Shown: positions 1-13,598 of the stretch, in pieces
Numbering within the stretch: the first letter of the stretch is position 1
Layout of the letters: every line of letters begins with the position of its first letter
Assembly: GCA_002269645.1 (NCBI GenBank)
Contig: NIVC01000869.1
Location: 359,687-423,686 of the forward strand
Length of the DNA stretch: 64,000 bases
Direction of reading: 5' to 3'
Origin: Macrostomum lignano
Lineage: Eukaryota
Program-made: the position numbers and the translations under genes
Notes under the pieces: model-generated
Database searches by the model: none
The model's input: only the letters and a program-made list of their open reading frames with translations
Told to the model about the DNA's origin: nothing

Positions 1-65
1 GGGTTGCGGCCTTGCGGCTCTTTGCCTGTGTTCTGCAGGAAGTCCCACCTTTTTACTCCCAGCCA

Positions 66-1583
66 ATGGCTTCTAACCGAAATAACCAACCGGCTGTGGA
101 TGACACAGTGCCTCCGGCCTCGGCTGGGGCCGTGGACTCCGCGGCCATACCACCTGCTACCATCGGGGACGCCTCGGCGAGACCCGTGGAGCCAACTCTG
201 AGCGGTGCCTCCGAGAAGACACCTGCTACTCCAGCTGCCAAGCTGAGCAACACCTCTGGAGCTGCCCGCCGTCGACTTAACAAGGCGAGGCGGGCCAAGG
301 AGGGCGGAAGCCTAACCGGCGCCAGAGGCCAACGGCCCGCGGCAGCGGAAGCCTCCCAATCTGGGGCGGTGGCGGAAGAGGGCCTCGAGCCCACTGAAGT
401 CCCTGCCCAGGATAGGGAGGCCGATGCAGCCGGGAGGGTGGACAGCCCACCTGAAGAATGCTCCACCGACCCCCAGGCCTCCTACGCTGATGCGGCAAAG
501 AGGCAACCGGCGATCGTCATTCTGGGGAAGGACGCGCGCCTGTCTCCCGACCAGCTGAAGCAGGTGAGAGGTGCCGTTGATGGCCTCCTGTGGAAGCAAA
601 CTCTGAAGGGCACGCCTCTGAACATTCATTCAAATGCGACGAGAGACTCGTGCCTTCTCATTTGGCCCAGTGATGCTGACTCGGGTCGGCGGCTTCTTGA
701 GCTGCTGCCCGAGCAGAGCTGGGACCTCAATTTAGCCTTCTGCAGAGAGGACGAACGCTTCCGGACCAAGAGGCATCGAATCTGGGTTCCGGCCAGGAGC
801 GTCGTTACCTCTGCTGACGAGCTCCGGAAAGGACTGCTTGCAGTCAACCAAGAGCTTCCCGCCGCGGGCCTAGTGGTGCATGACACCCTTAGGCGCACCG
901 ACGGCACTGGCTTCACAGCCATCCTGGGGCTGTCGGACGCCTGGATGAGGCGCTATCCGCACGGCAGCTTCATCAACGTCGGTCTTTGGAAGCTGCGCAT
1001 CCGCTCCTACGAGGCCGACCCTCCCCGTGGCAGTGAGCAGGGCGGGCGGAATGCCGAAGCAGCTGGGGCCGAGGCGCGAGCTTCTGCTCCGGCTGCCAAA
1101 GCAAACCGCCCCGCCCGGCAGCACGGCTGTGCGGATAAAGCCGAGCGCGCTGCTGAGGGCGGAGGCGACCTACGCCCGGCGCGCAGCACCAAGCGGCGCG
1201 GCCTGTACCAGCGCGCAGCTGAAGCGGTCCGCACCGCCAAAATCACCCAGCTGAGGCGAGAGGTCGCCGGGACGCCTAGGCGCACCAGTTCGTCCAGGGA
1301 GGGTGGGGACGTCCCAGCTGGGCCCAACCCCTCGGGGCAGGGCCGACTGGAGACGGACCCGCCTGCCCAGGCGGCTGGCTGCTCCAGGGCATTGGGCCAG
1401 TCTGAAGCGGAGGACCCCGTGGCCGGTGGGCGAAGGGCGGCGAACGCTGCCTATTGCCTTACGACCAATCGGGGGCCTTTTGCTGAAGAGGAGCCCATGG
1501 ACACCGGCGACCCCGACCCGAAGCTGGTGAGCGCCGAGGAGGAGGAGGAACTCCTGGCGGCTGCAACATCCGATCTGCACTGA
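66..1583 (+). CDS. ORF1 (gag-like) of the non-LTR element
   Basis: Long open frame from ATG at 66; its TGA overlaps the ORF2 ATG (TGATG at 1581-1585). Position supports the call; no zinc knuckle seen. Confidence 0.7.
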   Translation: MASNRNNQPAVDDTVPPASAGAVDSAAIPPATIGDASARPVEPTLSGASEKTPATPAAKLSNTSGAARRRLNKARRAKEGGSLTGARGQRPAAAEASQSGAVAEEGLEPTEVPAQDREADAAGRVDSPPEECSTDPQASYADAAKRQPAIVILGKDARLSPDQLKQVRGAVDGLLWKQTLKGTPLNIHSNATRDSCLLIWPSDADSGRRLLELLPEQSWDLNLAFCREDERFRTKRHRIWVPARSVVTSADELRKGLLAVNQELPAAGLVVHDTLRRTDGTGFTAILGLSDAWMRRYPHGSFINVGLWKLRIRSYEADPPRGSEQGGRNAEAAGAEARASAPAAKANRPARQHGCADKAERAAEGGGDLRPARSTKRRGLYQRAAEAVRTAKITQLRREVAGTPRRTSSSREGGDVPAGPNPSGQGRLETDPPAQAAGCSRALGQSEAEDPVAGGRRAANAAYCLTTNRGPFAEEEPMDTGDPDPKLVSAEEEEELLAAATSDLH

Positions 1584-4500
1584 TGCCAGCGGCTACCTGG
1601 TGTCTGCAGATCAACACCCAGCACTGCGTGACGGCGTCAGTCAACCTGATGCGCACGACAGAGCAACAGCTTCCGGGCCTGGTCTTCGTACAGGAGCCCT
1701 GGATGACTAAAGGTAAGCCAAATAATGTGCCATCTGGCTACCACTGTTTTTGCATGGCGGACTCTCAGCCTCGCCCAAGATCTCTGGTCTTTGCTGCAAA
1801 AGCATTTAAGGCATGGATGAGATCTGATCTCTCGACTGGGGACATCTGTGTTGTTCAAATCAATAACCTCATTCCAAATAAACCTGTGCTGGTAGCATCT
1901 GCCTATTTCCCAGGCGATGCCCCAGTAGTCTGCGACGCACTAGTCAACCTCATTGACTACGCCGCGTCCCGTCGGTTCGAGCTGCTCATTGCAGGGGGGC
2001 GTAAATGCACACCACCTGCATTGGGGCAGCAAGAACACCAATAACAGAGGCGAGGAGCTGCTGGTCTACGTCAGCAGCACAAACCTCAATTTCTGTAACG
2101 TGGGATTGCACCAACGTTCAATAATGGGCGGTGGGCCGAAGTCATCGACACCACCATCGCCTCACCCGGACTGCTTTCCGCAGTCACGGGCTGGCGAGTG
2201 TGGGACGAGGACTCACTCTCGGATCACCGCTTCATCCGCTTATGCATTGGGCCGACCAAGCAAAAGCCTAAGGTCACTTGGAGTCGGAACGTCAGGAACA
2301 CCGATTGGGCCGCCTTTGGCTCAAAGCTGAGCCGCGGCCTTCGGGATCTTGACCCCCCCAGTGACCTCTCTGACTGCCAGGTGGTGGATGATCTCGCCTC
2401 CTCCCTAGGAGGGGCGATCACCACTGCCTTTGAGGCAGCCTGCCCTCTAAAGGCCTATAAAGGCAAGAAATCTGCTCCCTGGTGGAACCCAGAGCTCGGG
2501 GCCCTTCGGTGCCGAGCCAGGACCCTCCAAAGGCGAGCGCTCAAAACCAAAGACCCATCTGATATAGAGGCCTATACCCCTGCGATCCACGAGTTTAAGG
2601 GCCAAGTCAGAAGGGCCAAGACGGCCAAGTGGCGCCAATATTGCGAAGGGCTTGAGGGCTCTCGCCCCGTAGCCCGCGTGGTTAAGGCACTCACTAATGA
2701 CCGTTTTTCTAAACTCTCTGTTGTGAAGAGACCTGATGGCTCGGTCACAGAGAGCTCGGAAGAGACTCTAGAGCTCATGCTCAACAGTTTTTCCCTAAAT
2801 CTCCGACTCAGCAGGGCCCGCCCGACCACACAGTGGGAGGGCAAGGCCTAGCAAAGTCTATGATCACCAAAGACCGCATTATTAGAGCGGCAAGGTCCTT
2901 TAACCCGTTCAAGGCGCCTGGGCCCGACGGCATCTACCCAGCGTTCTTGCACGAGGCGGTGAAAAACCACCGCTTCCTGGACCTGCTCTGTCGTCTCCTT
3001 CGAGCTTGTGTGGAGCTGGGCTATGTATCAGTTGCGTGGAGAGACGCCCGGGTGGTTTTTATCCCCAAGCCTGGAAAGAGCGACTATTAATCGGTGAAGG
3101 CCTTCAGGCCTATCAGCCTCACTTCTTTCTGCCTCAAGCTCCTCGAGAAACTGGTGCTTTGGCGCCTACTTTCGGTCTAGCTGAAGCGCTTCCCACTCTC
3201 GCAGGATCACCACGCCTTTTGCGCGGGCAGGTCTACCGAGAGTGCCCTCCATGTCATTGTTGACTTCCTGGAGAGGGCCGTTCTTGGCAGCGGACTCCGC
3301 ACATTTAAACTAAAGCCAAAAAAGCCCTGGTTGTCCTGGCTCAGATCAGGCGCGCCGTGGGCACCACCTGGGGGCTCACCCCCCAGGAAGCTGTGGTGGA
3401 TTTACACTGCCATCATCCGCCCCTCGATCAGTTACGCCAGCCTCGTGTGGGCTAGCGGCCTGAGCGTCAAGAGCAACCTCGACGCTCTCTACAAAATCCA
3501 GGGCAGAGCCTGCCGCATGACTATGGGCGCTCCACCCTCTACTCCTTTTGAAGGCATGAATGCCTTCCTCTGTGCCCCTCCTTTGGATATTTATATCAAA
3601 GGAGAGGCGGCGAAGAGCACCCGGCGTCTTCTGGATGCTGGGGTGGCCTTCAAGAAAGTGCGGGCCTTTAAGAAGCGGTCGCTTATCCCGCACTCTGACC
3701 TCTGCCTCAAGGCTCTCGAGGAGTGTGGCGGGCTCAACATCCTCACGGACTCGATCCCAGCCACCCTTCTCCTGAGCCAAAGGTATAAGGTCACCATTCA
3801 GCCTCGACACGAGGCGAGTGACAGCTGGAGCGACTCTGAAGTCCACTGTTACACTGACGGCTCTATGAGGCATGGTCTTTCAGGCTTCGGAGCTTGCGTC
3901 TTCTTCAAGGGAGAAGTGGTGTGGAGCTACTCCCAGCACACTGGGCTCAACTCCAGTGTTTTTCAGAGCGAGGTGCTTGCCATCAGCTCCTGCGCGGCAG
4001 AGCTGCGCCGAAGGCAGCTTAGCGGCCGGAAATTTATTTTTCACTCTGACAGCCGAGCAGCCCTTCGGGCCCTCTGCCGCAGCACCGCCAGCTCCAGGTC
4101 CGTCCTGGACTGCAACACCCAGCTCAACGGGCTTGCGCTAGGCAACCAGGTGGAGCTCAGATGGATCCCGGGCCACGCCGGCTTCCTCGGCAACGAGCGC
4201 GCTGACCTGCTGGCCAAGGCTGGCTCCGCCGGCGCGCTTTTGGGGCCGGGCCCGGGTGCCCCCATCCCCGCCTCGGTGATCAATTCCCGCGTTAAGCGCT
4301 GGGCTGACTCCGAGCATCTCCGCAGGTGGCACGACACCCGGAATTGTAGGCAATCCCGTGCTGCCGTCCCCTGTCCCTCTCCTCTCCTGCGTAGAGCCCT
4401 CCTCAGGCTCAACCGCAGTGACCTCAGAGCAGTTAGCATGGCCCTCTCCGGGCATGGCTGCTTCTCTCGCCACCGCTTCCTTCAGGGCCAAGTACCCGAG

Positions 4501-4740
4501 GAGCGGTGCCCCTTCTGCCGCTCAGGCAGTGAAAACGCCGAGCATTTTATCTGCCACTGCCCGGTTTTCACCAGGGCCAGGCTTACTCACCTCGGGCCAA
4601 ACCCGGTTCTCTCCGACGTTTGCAGGCCCGAGAGCATCCCGCTGCTCGCCCGGTACCTCAGGGACACCGGACGAGCTGATTTCTTCCCCACCGTCGGTGA
4701 GGAGGACCGCGCTGCAGGCGAGACCGACGGGTCCCCCTGA
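1583..4740 (+). pseudogene. ORF2 (APE endonuclease - truncated RT - RNase H - CCHC), frameshifted
   Basis: APE motifs LQIN..H, VQEPW, SAYFP, D/GxNAHH..WGS, SDH; RT start KAPGPDGI and RPISLTS; RT core (YADD region) missing near 3290; RNase H YTDGS, SVFQSE, SDS, WIPGH...GNERADLLAK; CPFC..ENAEHFICHC. Confidence 0.9.
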
Positions 4741-4856
4741 GCGACACCACTTCAACGGAAGTCGTTGGTCGCCAGGGGCTAGCGGAATGGGCGGTCTCCT
4801 CCGCCTCCTCGCTGCATCCGCCGGACGCCCCCTGCAGCTAAGTCAAGTAAGTCAAA

Positions 4857-6123
4857 GATAGCAAGCATCCTCCCAGACAGCAAGCATCCTCAGAAAGCAA
4901 GCATCCCCGAAATAGCAAGCATCCTCAGACAGCAGGCATTTCCCCAGACAGCAAGCATTCCCCTAGGTAGCAAGCATCCTGCAAATAGCAAGCATCCCCA
5001 GACAGCAAGCATCCCCCCAGGTAGCAAGCATTCCCCAAATAGCAAGTATCCTCCCAGACAGCAAGCATCCCCAGATAGCAGGCATTCCCCCAGACAGCAA
5101 GCATCCTCCCAGGTAGCAAGCATCCCCCCGATAGCAAGCATCCCCCAAGATAGCAAGCATCCTCCCAGGTAGCAAGCATCCCCAAATTATCAAGCATCCC
5201 CCAAATAGCAAGCATTCCCAGACAGCAATAATCCCCAGATAGCAAGCATCCCCAGATAGCAAGCATCCCCAGACAGCAAGCATCCCCCCAGGTAGCAAGC
5301 ATTCCCCAAATAGCAAGTATCCTCCCAGACAGCAAGCATCCCCAGATAGCAGGCATTCCCCCAGACAGCAAGCATCCTCCCAGGTAGCAAGCATCCCCAG
5401 ATAGCAAGCATCCTCCCAGACAGCAAGCATCCTCAGAAAGCAAGCATCCCCCCAGGTAGCAAGCATCCCCCAAATATCAAGCATCCCCAGACAGCAAGCA
5501 TCCCCAAATAGCAAGCATCCTCAGACAGCAAGCATTCCCCCAGGTAGCAAGCATCCCCCAAATATCAAGCATCCCCCAAATATCAAGCTTCCCCAGACAG
5601 CAAGCATCCCCCTAGATAGCAAGCATCCCCCAAATAGCAAGCATCCCCAGACAGCAAGCATCCTCAGAAAGCAAGCATCCCCCCAGGTAGCAAGCATCCC
5701 CCAAATAGCAAGCATCCCCCAAATATCAAGCATCCCCCAAATATCAAGCATCCCCAGACAGCAAGCATCCCCCTAGATAGCAAGCATCCCCCAAATAGCA
5801 AGCATCCCCAGACAGCAAGCATCCTCAGAAAGCAAGCATCCCCCCAGGTAGCAAGCAACCCCCAAATAGCAAGCATCCCCTAAATAGCAAGCATCCCCAG
5901 ACAGCAAGCATCCCCAGACAGCAAGCATCCTCCCAGGTAGCAAGCAACCCCCAAATAGCAAGCATCCCCTAAATAGCAAGCATCCCCAGACAGCAAGCAT
6001 CCCCAGACAGCATGCATCCTCCCAGGTAGCAAGCAACCCCCAGATAGCAAGCATCCCCAGACAGCAAGCATCCCCAGACAGCAAGCATCCTCCCAGGTAG
6101 CAAGCATCCCCAGATAGCAAGCA
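4857..6123. repeat. Degenerate minisatellite, AGCAAGCATCCCC(C)AG-type units of about 16-18 bp
   Basis: Dozens of tandem AGCAAGCATCC units with variable linkers. Confidence 0.95.
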
Positions 6124-6140
6124 TGACCACTGGCCAATGA

Positions 6141-6290
6141 CCACAGCAGATGTACACCATTGTCAGACAGGAGTCTCCTGTGGCCATTGTGACCCGAGCA
6201 ATGGGTGGCCCTTTAATGCCGATATTCACCTTCGGCAAGGAGGATTTAGTTTCCAGGAAAATCTAACTGTTGATTCGGACGATGCTCAAC
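6141..6290 (+). pseudogene. Fragment of an FkbM-like methyltransferase paralog
   Basis: Translates PQQMYTIVRQESPVAIVTRAMGGPLMPIFTFGKEDLVSRKI*LLIRTMLN, matching PQQLYTIVRQGSPLANVTRAMGGGRIPIFTFGKEDLISRK...LLIRTMLN of the 48274-49425 protein; internal stop and small deletion. Confidence 0.85.
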
Positions 6291-7284
6291 TAGTTCAAAA
6301 AGTACTGCTTGCCTCAATTTTTGAGATCGTATGTAGATAGATCGTACGTATGAATTGAATTTCGCGCTCTAAATCCGCTAGTTTCAGTTTAAATGCAAGC
6401 TATTTGTCCACCAGCGCATTGTAGTACTCGCAGTTTCGCTAAATGTTAGGCACTCGGCCCTGCGTCAAAGTTGACCTCATTCATGCTCTGCCCTGCTAAA
6501 AGATCATTTGTTAATCCTGTTCTCTTCAGCTCGAAATTTTACTGTATCTTCTTTATTACAATTACAAGATTATCATTGTGGCATTTGTTGGATTTCCTCA
6601 AGTTTGCGTCTGGGTGCAGAACAAGGCTGCGATCCAGCTTCCCAAGCCTGACAAGCAGCAGCTGCCAAAGCAGTGAATTGGCTTGCGCTGCCAGCGCTGC
6701 AGTCCCAACAGAGCACACGGGGCACAACGCTGGTCGGCTCTAGACTGAATCGATCGATATTTGCAACCCTCCCCTCTCCCCGCCTCCCGCTCTGCGCGTC
6801 ATTGCATTGTGAAGAGAAAAAGTCTCCGCGTTCAGGGCATTGAAATGGAAGCAGAGTTGAGGCTGAGGCGGCTGATTGGGAGGATGGGTGAGTCGGTCTC
6901 CTCCCTCCCTTCAGTCCGCGAGTCCCCCCGTTTCTCAAGAACAAGAGGCTGGTGAGGAGAATGAAGGAACAGAGGAGGCAGGGCAGGGACGGAGCTGTGG
7001 CTGCCTGACACTCGGGCTCTCTGTTTGTCTTCGCTATCGATAATAATGGAAAGGGGGCCGGTTTGAGGGGATGGAGAGGTGAGATGGGAAACGTAGCCGT
7101 GACAATGGGGAGGCTTACAGCAGTGCACTGAACTAGCGAGCAGCTGGAGATTAATGAGTGCGGACGGTACGGCTTGCTTCAGTCCCAGTTTTACGTTTTT
7201 GCTTTAGCAGCCCGCGGGCGCTGCCTATTGTTGCAGAAGCGGAAAGCCCGGAGTGACAAGGAGGAGGAAGAGATGCAGACGGCT

Positions 7285-7799
7285 CATGCGGATGAGATGG
7301 GATGAGATGGGGTGGGATGAGATGGGGTGGGATGAGACGGGTGGGATGACATGGGATGGAATGAGATGGGGTAGGATGAGACGGGTGGGATGGGATGGGG
7401 TGGGATGAGACGGGGTGGGATGAGACGGGTGGGATGAGGTGAGGTGAAATGAGACGGGGTGGAATGAGACGGGTTGGGATGAGACGGGGTGGGATGAGAT
7501 GAGGTGAGATGAGACGGAGTGGAATGAGACGGGTGGGATGAGATGAGGTGAGATGAGACGGGGTGGAATGAGACGGGGTGGGATGAGATGAGGTGAGATG
7601 AGACGGAGTGGAATGAGACGGGTGGGATGAGATGAGGTGAGATGAGACGGGGTGGGATGAGACGGGGTGAAATGAGACGGGTGGGATGAGATGAGGTGAG
7701 ATGAGACGGGGTGGGATGAGACGGGGTGGAATGAGACGGGGTGGGATGAGACGGGTGGGATGAGATGAGGTGAGATGAGACGGGGTGGGATGAGACGGG
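7285..7799. repeat. Pentamer-based satellite (GATGA/GATGG/GACGG/GGTGG)
   Basis: Tandem 5-bp variant units. Confidence 0.95.
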
Positions 7800-7841
7800 T
7801 GCATCCGCCGGACGCCCCTGCAGCTAAGTCAAGTAAGTCAA
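7800..7841 (+). mobile_element. About 42-bp copy of the 3' end of the non-LTR element
   Basis: TGCATCCGCCGGACGCCCCTGCAGCTAAGTCAAGTAAGTCAA, matching 4813-4855 apart from one C. Confidence 0.85.
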
Positions 7842-7864
7842 GCATTAGTCCATTTCTAAGCTAG

Positions 7865-8057
7865 TGCAGTAATCCTTGATTTATCCAGTGCAGTCATGCT
7901 TGGTTTATCAAGTGCAGTAATGCTTGGTTTATCAAGTGCAATAATACTTGGTTTATCAAGTGCAGTAATCTTTGTTTTATCAAGTGCAGTAATGCTTGGC
8001 TTATCAAGTGCAATAATATTTGGTTTATCAAGTGCAGTAATCCTTGGCTTATCAAGC
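7865..8057. repeat. 24-bp tandem repeat (ATGCTTGGTTTATCAAGTGCAGTA), about 8 copies
   Basis: Direct inspection. Confidence 0.9.
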
Positions 8058-8412
8058 GCCAGCTATAGAGGGGGCGCCAGCTACAGAGGGGGCGCCAGTT
8101 ACAGAGGGGGCGCCAACTACAGAGGGGGCGCCAGCTACAGAGGGGGCGCCAGCTACAGAGGGGGCGCCAGCTACAGAGGGGGCGCCAGCTACAGAAGGGC
8201 GCCAGCTACAGAGGGGGCGCCAGCTACAGAGGGGGCACCAGCTACAGAGGGGGCGCCAGCTACAGAGGGGGCGCCAGCTACAGAAGGGCGCCAGCTACAG
8301 AGGGGGCGCCAGCTACAGAGGGGGCAACAGCTACAGGGGGGGCGCCAGCTACAGAGGGGGCGCCAGCTACAGAGGGGGCGCCAGCTACAGAGGGGGCGCC
8401 AGCTACCTACAG
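8058..8412. repeat. 18-bp tandem repeat (GCCAGCTACAGAGGGGGC), about 19 copies
   Basis: Direct inspection. Confidence 0.95.
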
Positions 8413-8919
8413 AGGGTCGTCAGAGGTTCATGTGAAGTGAGTGCTTTGAAGGTGACTGCAGCTCAAATTGTCACAAGTTGCCTAATGTAGCACAAACCTT
8501 GTGCAGCAGAGTTGAGTACTCTTACTTTGTTTAGAACTCCCCTTTCCCTCTATCATCTCCCTCTAAAAAGCCATATTTCGTTACCTGCATAAAGCTTGGC
8601 TACACCTCTGTCTGTCTCCCTGCTCACTCTTCTCAACCTCACCTTCTACTAGGGTTTGATGGGCAGTACAGAAACAGAAATAGGTAGCTATGACAACCAC
8701 GCTGGCCAATGAACTGCCACCCTGACTCTAGCTGCTTCCATGTTTCTCTCCGAGAGCGCACATAGGCATTAAAATTGAGGAGCTGACTTTACTGCCCCCC
8801 CGTATTATTGTCTCATGGAAACAATAAATGACCGCGAGCGATTCAACTCCACGGATGAAACTGTAGAAATAGATCGGTTCACGTTAGGTTGGACTATACT
8901 GTAGAGCGAGACCCGAAGC

Positions 8920-10095
8920 ATGCAAAATTGTACCAAATACTCGTATTTGAAGCCACTACTGGCGCTGATGCTTGGCAGCACCATGGCGTGGCTGCTGGTA
9001 ATCACACTGCAATCGCAAGAAAGAATTCGCAGTATCAACGCCATCGAGCTTGAGCGGGGCCATGCTAAGCAAGCTGTTTTAAATCCGTCAGAGGCAGCTG
9101 CTGTCACAACTAAAGCAACAACGGCCGCAGACTTAGCGAGATCGCTAAAAACTCTGCCGCCATCGAAAGACCGCGTCATGTGTAAAAGCTTCGATGAATT
9201 GCGCAACTTGGACTTCCAGCAGACGGCGCTTCAGGACGCTCTGTGCAGCGGGGTCAAAGCATACGAGAAAAAAAACAATGGATTCCCCTTGTGCCGCCTG
9301 CCGAACCCGTTCGATGAAAGAATCCTCGGCATCGTGCGGTCCGGCAGCGCCACCGCCGATCTGCTGGACATGAGCAATACGAAAATGAAAATGTTCGTCT
9401 ACGCCGAGAAGGACGCCATCTCCGAGGCGATCAAAAAGCATCATATTTGGGAGTCTAATTTGGTTCACGCAACTATGAGACTGGCGCAGAAGGTGCCGGA
9501 TGTGACTTTCCTAGACGCCGGCTGTAACATTGGCGTGTACAGCTTGCTGGCGGCGAGACTCGGCCTGCCCGTTGTGTCGCTGGACGCGAACATCCGCAAT
9601 CTGCTGCGACTCCGCCTGAGCCTCACTGCGTCGGCACTGGACACTGTGCTCGTGTGGAACTTCATCAGCTCCGGAGACCAGCTGAGTTACCTGAACTTTC
9701 CGAGAGACTGCAACGTCGGCGGAGCAACAAAGTTCGGTAGAGCCATCGCCGACACGATCCCCGTGATGCCAGTACGCAGCGAGCGTCTTTGCGACCACAT
9801 CAAGACAAAGAATGTCGTCATCAAGCTGGACATCGAAGGCGGAGAGGCTGACTTTCTAAGGACATCCGGCTGTCTGTTTAGCCAGTTCAACGTCGCCGCA
9901 GTTCAGATGGAGTTCCTCCAAATGCACATGCAGGGCAATGACCGGGCCACCATTGTCGAGTTTTTCACTACCAGAAACTACACGTTGTGGGAGTCTGTGT
10001 CCTTCAAACCGCTGAACGTCACGACGATGAAAGCAACTGACGTGATTTGGATTCACGAAAACTTCAAGTACCTGGTGCATCCGCGCAAGCAGTGA
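8920..10095 (+). CDS. FkbM/Methyltransf_21-like SAM-dependent methyltransferase, type II membrane anchor, single exon, 391 aa
   Basis: N-terminal hydrophobic segment; FLDAGCNIGVYSL (motif I), VVSLDANIRN, VVIKLDIEGGE, VQMEF. Confidence 0.85.
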   Translation: MQNCTKYSYLKPLLALMLGSTMAWLLVITLQSQERIRSINAIELERGHAKQAVLNPSEAAAVTTKATTAADLARSLKTLPPSKDRVMCKSFDELRNLDFQQTALQDALCSGVKAYEKKNNGFPLCRLPNPFDERILGIVRSGSATADLLDMSNTKMKMFVYAEKDAISEAIKKHHIWESNLVHATMRLAQKVPDVTFLDAGCNIGVYSLLAARLGLPVVSLDANIRNLLRLRLSLTASALDTVLVWNFISSGDQLSYLNFPRDCNVGGATKFGRAIADTIPVMPVRSERLCDHIKTKNVVIKLDIEGGEADFLRTSGCLFSQFNVAAVQMEFLQMHMQGNDRATIVEFFTTRNYTLWESVSFKPLNVTTMKATDVIWIHENFKYLVHPRKQ

Positions 10096-10540
10096 GCGGC
10101 AAAAGATTGCCGACCGTCGTTAAGCTGGGTCTGCCGCCGCTAAACCAGCGCTGCAAACTAACTAATCCATGGAATCTGTCCGATTTTGAAAATGCGACTA
10201 GTTTGCCACTTATTTCATTAATTGATTACAGGTGCGTTACTGCGCGGCGATAGTTATTTCCTCCGTTTTTAGGTAATTGTATAATTCTAAACATTACTCT
10301 CTACCTTGATTCCCCATGCATACATTGTTATACTGAATATTATCTTAGTAGCCTCAATAGCCTTGCGATCTGTTAAATTGTTTTTGAGCACATTTCTGAG
10401 TATATATTTACGTAATTTAACACTAGTATCTCTTTATATCAAACTTTTTGACATTACCTGACTGCTTTGCCATTCGAAATGCCAAATATAATCATAATAA
10501 AATAAAATGACGCAATGTTAGCGCGTGATCCATGAAAGGC

Positions 10541-11510
<970 letters not shown>

Positions 11511-11895
11511 TAACTCTAATCTCTACACGTAATTATACTTTGGAATTCATCCGGTGGGTTTCGGATTCCATTCCAGATATCTGTACGCATAGAAGTCCTT
11601 ATGCGTACAGAGTGGGACTGCTTAGTAGGACTGCTGCTTGGTGAGAGTAAATGAAACAATAAGCTTCTGTCATTCACCTCAGCCAGCGTTTTGGTTTCAA
11701 GTATGGAGAAACCAATTCTAAAGAAGTGCACTGCAGCTCATGAATAGTAGCTGAAAACTATATGGAAGGCATTAGGGGAGACCAACACGGATGAGAATTG
11801 AGAGCTGCGATTGAAACACAATGAAACACAATGAAAACGATTGACTGTCAATTGATTGACAGAATGACTGTTCAACTTGCAGAACTCCCACAAGG

Positions 11896-12568
11896 GTGAA
11901 CAGAGTGAACAGAGTGAACAGAGTGAACAGAGTGAACAGAGTGAGCAGAGTGAACAGAGTGAACAGAGTGAACAGAGTGAACAGAGTGAACAGAGTGAAC
12001 AGAGTGAACAGAGTGAACAGAGTGAACAGAGTGAACAGAGTGAACAGAGTGAACAGAGTGAACAGAGTGAACAGAGTGAACAGAGTGAACAGAGTGAACA
12101 GAGTGAACAGAGTGAACAGAGTGAACAGAGTGAACAGAGTGAACAGAGTGAACAGAGTGAACAGAGTGAACAGAGTGAACAGAGTGAACAGAGTGAACAG
12201 AGTGAACAGAGTGAACAGAGTGAACAGAGTGAACAGAGTGAACAGAGTGAACAGAGTGAACAGAGTGAACAGAGTGAACAGAGTGAGCAGAGTGAACAGA
12301 GTGAACAGAGTGAACAGAGTGAACAGAGTGAACAGAGTGAACAGAGTGAACAGAGTGAACAGAGTGAACAGAGTGAACAGAGTGAACAGTGTGAACAGAG
12401 TGAACAGAGTGAACAGTGTGAACAGTGTGAACAGAGTGAACAGAGTGAGCAGAGTGAACAGAGTGAACAGAGTGAGCAGAGTGAACAGAGTGAACAGAGT
12501 GAACAGAGTGAACAGAGTGAACAGAGTGAACAGAGTGAACAGAGTGAACAGAGTGAACAGAGTGAACA
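11896..12568. repeat. 9-bp tandem repeat (GAGTGAACA)n, about 75 copies
   Basis: Direct inspection; the ORFs called across it are repeat artefacts. Confidence 0.98.
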
Positions 12569-13598
12569 TTGCTTCCGAAGCTGATGAGAGGGTTAAGTAC
12601 AGAGCCCCTATCGAATGGGTTTTTAATATTTTTGTTAACTTTCTTCCTAAGCTTTTTCTAAACAACGTTGTTTCACTGTAGTACAAGTAACAAAGCTTTC
12701 TTTGGCTCTTTGTACGGTAGTGTGGGCAATGCGCATGCACTGCTCTGACGTAAGGTTTATGCACAGATGACGGTGGTGCCTATGAATTTAGCGTGACCCA
12801 AACAAGGCATGGAATAGTTATAGAAGATTAATATTTTTGCAGATAAGGTTTGCTCAGAATTGGCAAAGTGGTGAAAAGAACACCTTAGGAACGTTAGCGA
12901 CAGGACAGCTATACGAGCGTATATCATCTGCGATGCAAACTTAAAAAAAGAAGACAGTAAAAACTGCTTGGCATTGTCTGGGAAGTGTTCCCAGAGTTGG
13001 AAGTTTTTCATTCATTCACATTGTTTAAGGTACAATAAAGTGACACAAAGTGTCACATCAATGCAGCCCGAGAGGGACTGTTGGGACGGACTGCAATGAA
13101 GAAAGCTGCAGGTCCCTGAGAGCACTGTGACGGGGTTGACGGGCAGAGAGGTGGGATGAAAGCTGTACTGGCCAATTGAAGCTGAAGCTGTATATCCCAA
13201 TGCGCATTGCTGACTGACTGACTTGTACACAAGCCGTTCTATTTTTGCTGAACCTAGTGCGAGAAAGCCAATGGCCTATCGACAGAAATTTGCTAGGCTA
13301 GAGGTGGGAAAGCATAGATAGTTATCCCTAGGATAGAGTTTCTGAAACTCTCTTACCTTTAGAGGAACCAGAGTTGACATCTTCAAGCCGCGATAGACCT
13401 CAGTTGAGTACAGAGTGAGTTTGAAATTGAACTGTTTAACTTCCAGCCTTAAACTATTAAACAATTTTCAGACATCTCAACGAGGTGAGTAGCGTTTACA
13501 GGCAGTTTACTGCTGCAAATCTAACTCATCTAGCTGTATTATTTTTACAGTAAGCCACTCAGAAGCATTACTGAACCCGCCCATCAACACTGCAGGGG

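Larger units (their letters stand above)
1..4855 (+). mobile_element. Non-LTR retrotransposon with RNase H (LOA/R1-like, I group), RT core deleted
   Basis: ORF1, then ORF2 with APE endonuclease, start of RT, RNase H and a C-terminal CCHC motif; ends in a short TAAGTCAAG-type tail at 4839-4855. The 5' end may lie outside the window. Confidence 0.88.

Noticed and set aside
4890-8490. Numerous ORFs over 4890-6240, 7151-7845 and 7896-8490
   Set aside because: Stop-free frames of tandem repeats; no domain content.
11772-12764. Long ORFs (TLF/EQS/NRV repeats)
   Set aside because: Artefacts of the 9-bp array.
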